Origin: Dehalococcoidia bacterium
Lineage (GTDB): Bacteria > Chloroflexota > Dehalococcoidia > DSTF01 > RBG-16-68-14
Assembly: GCA_040882355.1 (NCBI GenBank)
Contig: JBBEBM010000032.1
Coordinates: 1 to 32,065 of the forward strand
Length of the DNA: 32,065 nucleotides
Direction of reading: 5' to 3'
Shown here: positions 1-5,298 of the stretch, piece after piece
Position numbering within the stretch: the first letter of the stretch is position 1
How the letters are laid out: each line of letters starts with the position of its first letter
Program-made: the position numbers and the translations under genes
Notes under the pieces: generated by a model
Told to the model about the DNA's origin: nothing
The model's input: only the letters and a program-made list of their open reading frames with translations
The model's database searches: none

Positions 1-2237
1 GCCTGGGGCAGGTCGGGGTTGTCGGTGAAGCCGGCGGGCTCGAAGTGGACGCCGCGGAACTTACGCACCAGGTCCTCCAGCGCCACGCCGTACTGCAGCG
101 CCAGCGACGTCAGCACTGCCACCGAGTCCATCAGCCCGCGGATCGTCGAGCCTTCCTTCGAGATCGTGATGAACACCTCGCCAGGCTGGCCGTCCTCGAA
201 CAGGCCGACCGTGATGTAGCCTTCCTGCTCGCCGACGCGGAACTTGTGCGTGACCGAGGGCCGTTCGTCGGGCAGGCGGCGACGGCGGAGGTGCTCCTCG
301 CCTCCGCCAGTCGCCTTCGCCACCAGGGCCGTTACTTCTCCTTCCGCACCGCTCAGGACAAGCTCCGCCGCTTGCGCCTCGGCCTGCTCCGGGCCGCGCG
401 CGGTGGCGTGCGACAGCACCTGAAGCGCCCGCGACTGGTCGCGATAGATGGTGATCCCCTTGCAGCCCTCTCGATACGCCAGCAGGTAGGCGCGCTCGAC
501 GTCCTCGACGGTCGCCGACGAGCGGAAGTTGATCGTCTTGCTCACGGCGTTATCGGTGTGGCGCTGGAAGGCGGCCTGCATGCGCACGTGCCACTCCGGA
601 TCGATCTCATGCGACGTAACGAAGGCGCGCCGCACCCACTCGGGCACGTCGTCGCGGTCCTGGATGCTGCCGCCGCGCGCCAGCTCCTCGATCAGCGCCT
701 TCGAGTAGAAGCCCTCGGCCTTGGCGATGCGTTCGAAGGCGCGGTTCACTTCCGGTAGCTGCGTCACTTTGTCGGGGTCCTTCGGGTCGAGGTGGTGCTG
801 ACGCATGAAGGCAAGCGCGAAGGCGGGCTCGATGCCGCCCGAGCAGTCGGCGATGATGCTCAGCGTGCCCGTCGGCGCGACGGTGGTGCGCGTCGAGTTG
901 CGGAAGCGGGCCTTTCCTTCGTAGACGCTGCCCTCCCAGGCAGGGAAGACGCCGCGCTCGCGCGTCAGCTCTTCAGACGCGGCGTCGGCGTGCTCCTGGA
1001 TGAACGACATCATGCGCTCGCCCAGCGCCACCGCTTCGTCCGAATCGTACGCGATGCGTAGCGCCGCGAGCAGGTCGGCCCAGCCCATCACGCCGAGGCC
1101 GATCTTGCGGGTGCGCTTCGTCGCCTCCTCGATCTGAGGGATCGGGTAGACGTTCTGGTCGATGACGTCATCGAGGAAGCGCACACAGTCGGGGATGACG
1201 GCGGCGAGCTCGTCCCAGTCCACGCTGGCATCAGGGTCATGGGTCAAGGGTCTAGGGTGAAGGCGGCGGCCGTTCCGACTACGGCGCTTAGTGTCGCGTT
1301 GTTCCTTGCGGCCGTTCGCCGGAGTGACGAACTTCGCGAGGTTGAGCGAGCCGAGGTTGCACGACTCGTACGGCAGCAGCGGCTGTTCGCCGCAGGGATT
1401 CGTCGCCTCAATCGGGCCGAGCTGCGGCGTTGGGTTGTCGCGGTTGATGCGGTCGAGGAAGACGAGGCCCGGGTCGCCGTTCTTCCAGGCGTTCTCGACG
1501 ATCCGTCGGAAGACGTCGCGCGCCTTCCGACGGCCGGCCGACTTGCGCGTGCGCGGGTTGACCAGCGTAAACGTCTTGTCGCGCTCCACCGCGTCCATGA
1601 AGGGCGCGTCCACGGCGACTGAGATGTTGAAGTTTTGCAGGCTCACCATGTCCGCCTTCGCGTCGATGAACGCCTCGATGTCCGGGTGGTAGACGGAGAG
1701 GATCGCCATGTTGGCGCCGCGACGGGTGCCGCCCTGCTTGATCGCCTCGGTCGCCGCGTCGAAGACCTTCATGAAGGAGACGGGGCCCGACGCGACGCCG
1801 CCCGTCGCCGAGACGCGGTCGCCCTCGGGGCGGAGGCGGCTGAAGGCGAAGCCGGTGCCGCCGCCCGACTTGTGGATCAGCGCGGTGTCCTTGATCGCGT
1901 CGAAGATGCCTTCCATCGAGTCCTCGACGGGCAGCACGAAGCAGGCCGAGAGCTGCTGGAGAGGTCGGCCGGCGTTGCCGAGCGTCGGCGAGTTGGGCAG
2001 GAAGCGAAACGAGGTCATCAGCTCGTAGAAGCGCGCCTCGACAACCGCCACCTCTGCGGGCTTGGCGCCGTACCGCTCCTCCGCCAGCGCGACGTTGCGG
2101 GCGACGCGCCGGAAGAGCTGCTCGGGCGTCTCGGTGACGCGGCCGTGCTCGTCCTTCGCCAGGTAGCGGCGCTCCAACACCATGCGGGCGTTGGGCGAGA
2201 GTGCGATGGGGCGCTCTCGAGCGCGCGTGCGAGCCAT
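1..2237 (-). CDS. nrdJ: Class II (adenosylcobalamin-dependent) ribonucleotide reductase with C-terminal TSCPD-like region; 3' end outside window
   Basis: Manual minus-strand translation from ATG 2237 (SD GGAGG at 2246-2242): MARTRARERPIALSPNARMVLERRYL...FLPNSPTL...QLSACFVLPVEDSMEGIF...GGGTG...QGGTRRGANM...NFNISV...GDPGLVF...ATNPCGEQPLLPYESCNLGSLNL...RKIGLGVMG...TTVAPTGTLS...NAVSKTIN...KGITIYRD...VTHKFRVGEQEGYITVG. Open to position 1, so absent from the ORF track. Confidence 0.93.
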   Translation of the reverse strand, partial: MARTRARERPIALSPNARMVLERRYLAKDEHGRVTETPEQLFRRVARNVALAEERYGAKPAEVAVVEARFYELMTSFRFLPNSPTLGNAGRPLQQLSACFVLPVEDSMEGIFDAIKDTALIHKSGGGTGFAFSRLRPEGDRVSATGGVASGPVSFMKVFDAATEAIKQGGTRRGANMAILSVYHPDIEAFIDAKADMVSLQNFNISVAVDAPFMDAVERDKTFTLVNPRTRKSAGRRKARDVFRRIVENAWKNGDPGLVFLDRINRDNPTPQLGPIEATNPCGEQPLLPYESCNLGSLNLAKFVTPANGRKEQRDTKRRSRNGRRLHPRPLTHDPDASVDWDELAAVIPDCVRFLDDVIDQNVYPIPQIEEATKRTRKIGLGVMGWADLLAALRIAYDSDEAVALGERMMSFIQEHADAASEELTRERGVFPAWEGSVYEGKARFRNSTRTTVAPTGTLSIIADCSGGIEPAFALAFMRQHHLDPKDPDKVTQLPEVNRAFERIAKAEGFYSKALIEELARGGSIQDRDDVPEWVRRAFVTSHEIDPEWHVRMQAAFQRHTDNAVSKTINFRSSATVEDVERAYLLAYREGCKGITIYRDQSRALQVLSHATARGPEQAEAQAAELVLSGAEGEVTALVAKATGGGEEHLRRRRLPDERPSVTHKFRVGEQEGYITVGLFEDGQPGEVFITISKEGSTIRGLMDSVAVLTSLALQYGVALEDLVRKFRGVHFEPAGFTDNPDLPQ
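1234..1261. repeat. Heptamer tandem repeat (GGGTCAT GGGTCAA GGGTCTA GGGTGAA) inside an in-frame basic insertion of nrdJ-1
   Basis: Four 7-nt units read directly. They lie in the stretch encoding TPANGRKEQRDTKRRSRNGRRLHPRPLTHDPDAS between LAKFV and VDWDEL. Confidence 0.7.
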
Positions 2238-2263
2238 ACGGCCTCCTACACCAAAGTCACGTC

Positions 2264-2272
2264 AGTGTAGCA
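2264..2272 (-). promoter_or_regulatory. Putative extended -10 promoter for nrdJ-1 (TGcTACACT)
   Basis: TGn-TACACT about 27 nt upstream of the ATG. No well-spaced -35 and no NrdR box seen. Confidence 0.4.
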
Positions 2273-2334
2273 CATCCGTCCGAATGCAAGCGGGCGAGGA
2301 TCGGTCGAGGGCGGAACGCGAACCCAACTTCGAC

Positions 2335-2360
2335 GTAGCCGACGCCCTTTCCAACCTCGG
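2335..2360 (+). repeat. Degenerate REP (GTAG-CCGACGCCCTTTCCAACCTCGG) downstream of the RAYT, inverted relative to the right-hand array
   Basis: GTAG tetranucleotide followed by an imperfect palindrome. Matches the reverse complement of the units at 2846-3118. Confidence 0.75.
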
Positions 2361-2368
2361 CGTCGAGG

Positions 2369-2833
2369 TCATTGACCGAAGAACTCCGCAAGATCGACGG
2401 TCGAGTCCCGGCCCGCAGACGAGAAGTCATACGTCTCTGGTATCACGGACAATCCTCCGGCGACTGGGTTGTTATGGACGTACTCGATCGTGTCCCAAAG
2501 CTGCTTGTCGTTGCGAATGATCCGGTCGTAGAAGCTCTGCTGCCAGACGGAACCTCGACGGCCAGCTCGAGCGTTGAGGACGCGCGAGGTGTAGCCCTTC
2601 AAGCCTTGCATGATTTGCGAGCTGGTGTAGTCGTCTCTGGGAACGATGAGCGCATGGACATGGTCAGGCATGACAGCGAACGCCAGCAAGTAGCACCGCC
2701 GGCGCAGGTGCTGGAGCGCAGCCACCACGATCCCCGCATTGGACGGATCACGAAAGAGCGGGTCGCGGCCGCGCGTCGTTGTGACGACGTGATAGCACGT
2801 GTTCTCTTCGCCGTATCGGTGTAGCTTCGCCAT
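2369..2833 (-). mobile_element. REP-associated tyrosine transposase (RAYT/TnpA-REP, IS200/IS605 Y1 HuH superfamily)
   Basis: 154 aa with CYHVVTTT, VMPDHVH (HuH), WQQSFYDRIIR, EYVHNNP (catalytic Tyr) and YDFSS; flanked by GTAG-type REPs. Confidence 0.9.
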
Positions 2834-2845
2834 GTCTCAAGCCCA

Positions 2846-3159
2846 CCGAGGTTGGAAAGTCTCGGCTACGAGGACATCTTACACGCTCCTCACCGACCCC
2901 CGGGAGTGGCTCGGAGGGCTCAGACGCCTGGGCAAACGCGCCGAGGCTGGAAAGCCTCGGCTACTACGGAGAAGGGAAGGCGCGGCGAGATTGGAACGCC
3001 TAGGAGTGAGGGGATACGCGCCGAGGCTGGAAAGCCTCGGCTACGGTAACGAGGAGGCGCGTCGTTGGGAGGCCTCCGCGTAAGGGAGAGCGCGCCGGGG
3101 CTGGAAGGCCTCGGCTACGGAGAAAGGGAAACGCGACGAGGTTGGCTCGCCTCGCCTAA
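2846..3159 (-). repeat. REP array, consensus on minus strand GTAG-CCGAGGCT-TTCC-AGCCTCGG
   Basis: Near-intact 24-nt units at 2846-2869, 2941-2964, 3021-3044 and 3095-3118. Degenerate units at about 2985-3008, 3062-3082 and 3136-3159. All are in the same orientation. Confidence 0.88.
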
Positions 3160-3218
3160 GAGGAAGTGATGCTCGCCCCATTGGGCGGCACGCCTCCGTC
3201 CCGTATGCTGTCGGGGCG

Positions 3219-4472
3219 ATGTCGTGGTTCGATACGGCGCGGTTCGGGATGTTCGTCCACTGGTCGCACTGCGCGCAGCAAGGGATCGAGGTGTCGTGGC
3301 CGCTGGTGGGCGGCAACTTCGCGCTCCCCTACTGCAGCGACGTGCCGGTCGACGAGTACCACGCGAGCGCCGCGACCTTCGACCCGAAGCAGTGGGACGC
3401 GCGAAAGCTCGCGCGGACGGCGCGACGCCTCGGCATGACGTACGCCGTCATCACGACGAAGCACCACGACGGCTACGCGATGTTCCACACGAAGCACTCC
3501 GACTACTCGATCGAGCGCTCGCCCTTCGGGCGCGACGTCGTGCGGGAGTTCCTCGACGCGATGCGCGACGAGGGGCTGCGCGTGGGGGTCTACTACTCGC
3601 TGATCGACTGGCACCACCCGGACTACCCGCCGTTCACCGAGGCCGACAAGCCGTACGTGCTCGGCAAGTGGCCGAAGCCGGCGCCCGGCAAGTGGGAGCG
3701 CTTCGTGGAGTTCATGTTCGCGCAGGTCGGCGAGCTGCTCACGGACTACGGCAAGATCGACGTGATCTGGTTCGACGGCGGCTGGGAGCGGTCGAAGGAC
3801 GAGTGGCACTCGAAGGAGCTGGAGCAGATGATCCGCTCGCTCCAGCCCGAGATCCTGATCAACGACCGTCTGCCGGGCGTCGGCGACTACGTGACGCCGG
3901 AGCAGTTCGTGCCGCCGCTGCCGCCCGAGCGGCCGTGGGAGACGTGCATGACGATCAACGAGAGCTGGGGCTACAACGTCGGCGACGATCACTGGAAGTC
4001 GGCGCGCCAGCTCATCCAGATGCTCTGCGAGGTGGCCGGTCGCGGCGGCAATCTCCTGTTGAACGTCGGGCCGATGGGCAACGGCCTGCTCCAGCCCGAA
4101 GTGCTCGAACGGCTGGGCGAGGTCGAGCGGTGGATGGCGAAGAACGGCGAGAGCATCGTCGGGACGACGCCGGGCCTGGAGCCGTGGCAATGCTACGGCA
4201 GCTCGACGCGCGTCGACAACCGGGTCTACGTCCACCTGCTGCTGCGCCCGTACGAGACCGTCGCGGTGCGCGGCGTGCGCATCAAGCGGCTGCGTTCGGT
4301 GCGGGCGCTCTCGACGGGCGAGGAGCTGCCGTTCGACACGCGCTGCGGGATCATCGACGCGCAGTTCAACCCCGACCCCTACGGCGAGGTGACCGTGCGC
4401 GTGCCGGAGCACGCCATCGACCCGTACGCGACGGTACTCGCGCTCGATTTCGACGGATCACCGACGAAGTAG
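3219..4472 (+). CDS. Alpha-L-fucosidase, glycoside hydrolase family 29; no obvious signal peptide
   Basis: Motifs WFDTARFGMFVHW, FDPKQWDA, TTKHHDGYAMF, GVYYSLIDW, IWFDG (nucleophile), INDR, PWETCMT...SWGY, GGNLLLNVGP. Confidence 0.92.
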   Translation: MSWFDTARFGMFVHWSHCAQQGIEVSWPLVGGNFALPYCSDVPVDEYHASAATFDPKQWDARKLARTARRLGMTYAVITTKHHDGYAMFHTKHSDYSIERSPFGRDVVREFLDAMRDEGLRVGVYYSLIDWHHPDYPPFTEADKPYVLGKWPKPAPGKWERFVEFMFAQVGELLTDYGKIDVIWFDGGWERSKDEWHSKELEQMIRSLQPEILINDRLPGVGDYVTPEQFVPPLPPERPWETCMTINESWGYNVGDDHWKSARQLIQMLCEVAGRGGNLLLNVGPMGNGLLQPEVLERLGEVERWMAKNGESIVGTTPGLEPWQCYGSSTRVDNRVYVHLLLRPYETVAVRGVRIKRLRSVRALSTGEELPFDTRCGIIDAQFNPDPYGEVTVRVPEHAIDPYATVLALDFDGSPTK

Positions 4473-4675
4473 CGATACCACTGCAGCCGCGGAATGAGAG
4501 GCGTGAGACGCCCGTCCCCGCTCCGTGGCGACCCGAGCGGCTGCACAGCGGACGCGAGGGAGACGCAGAGGCGTCCCAAGGGGAAGGGTGGGACGCCTCG
4601 TTACGTGGCAGGCCGCCGGTGCTGGTGGCGGGGTGGTGGTTTCGGCGACCTATAGCCCAATTTTACGATGCCCAA

Positions 4676-4740
4676 ACGCCCGCCGAAGTTATGGAGAGCG
4701 GGGCATCCTTGCTCCGCCGGTCCATAACTCCGGCGGGCGT
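4676..4740. terminator. Long hairpin between convergent genes; possible terminator or RNA-processing site
   Basis: ACGCCCGCCG-A-AGTTATGGA pairs with TCCATAACT-C-CGGCGGGCGT, plus inner stem GCGGGGCA/TGCTCCGC. Only a short U-run follows on the minus strand. Confidence 0.5.
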
Positions 4741-4823
4741 CCTGAATTCTAGCCGGTCTCTGCGCGGTTGTGGGCGTTTATTACGTCAATTTCGTGTGAA
4801 TTTTCACGAATTGACGATAACGT

Positions 4824-5262
4824 CTACCTCCGCGCGCTGGCCAGAGCTCGACTGCGAGTCGCGGCCGACTTTGGCCGGTTGTTGTTGCTGCGGGCGGCCG
4901 TCTTGCGGACCGTCGTCTTGCGAACCGCCGTCTTGCGGGCGGCCGGCTTGCGAGCGGTGGTCTTGCGGACTGCCGTCTTGCGGGCGGCCGGCTTGCGAGC
5001 GGTGGTCTTGCGGACTGCCGTCTTGCNNNNNNNNNNNNNNNNNNNNNNNNNNNNNNNNNNNNNNNNNNNNNNNNNNNNNNNNNNNNNNNNNNNNNNNNNN
5101 NNNNNNNNNNNNNNNNNNNNNNNNNNGAGCGACCGTCTTTCGCGCGACCGTCTTGCGAGCCGTCGTCTTCCTAGCGACTGTCTTCTTCCTGGCCGGCGCC
5201 TTCTTCGCGACCGTCTTCCTCACCGTCGAGGTCTTCCTTCTCGTCGTTGTCCTTGCTGGCAT
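4824..5262 (-). CDS. Histone H1-like / chlamydial Hc2-like basic protein built of RK[TP]xx pentapeptide repeats; interrupted by assembly gap
   Basis: ATG 5262 with SD GGAGGG 8 nt upstream: MPARTTTRRKTSTVRKTVAKKAPARKKTVARKTTARKTVARKTVA. After the gap the repeat frame reads RKTAV RKTTA RKPAA RKTAV RKTTA RKPAA RKTAV RKTTV RKTAA RSNNNRPKSAATRSRALASARR to TAG at 4826-4824. Confidence 0.8.
4927..5026. repeat. Exact 45-bp tandem duplication (three 15-bp pentapeptide units), continuing into the gap
   Basis: 4927-4971 is identical to 4972-5016; a third copy begins at 5017. Confidence 0.9.
5027..5126. other. Scaffold gap (100 N) inside the pentapeptide repeat
   Basis: Run of 100 N. The true length is unknown and is probably a collapsed repeat. 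Confidence 0.98.
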
Positions 5263-5298
5263 ATTCCATGCCCTCCTTTCGCGGTCTCTTCCCGCTTC

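Noticed and set aside
45..2270. Plus-strand ORFs over nrdJ-1, and the many long antisense or alternate-frame ORFs across the window (e.g. 3224-5341, 6490-8337, 16629-18728, 20959-22560, 27150-28703)
   Set aside because: Shadow ORFs expected from high GC3 codon bias. They show no recognisable motifs and overlap well-supported genes.
2238..2368. Cobalamin riboswitch upstream of a B12-dependent RNR
   Set aside because: Space is too short and no B12-box is seen here or before the nrdR operon.
2941..3159. Possible CRISPR array
   Set aside because: Repeats are GTAG-type palindromes next to a RAYT. The intervening sequences are themselves degenerate repeats with similar purine-rich linkers rather than unique spacers, and no cas genes are present.
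4764..4791. Possible dif site (TTACGTCAATT resembles a XerD arm)
   Set aside because: No XerC-like arm at the 6-bp spacing. The sequence is better explained as one arm of a local palindrome.
4804..5026. ORF-track C-terminus QDGSPQDHRSQAGRP... for the 5262 ORF
   Set aside because: Artefact of the arbitrary 100-N gap shifting the frame. The RK[TP]xx frame continues the N-terminal pattern and stops at 4824.
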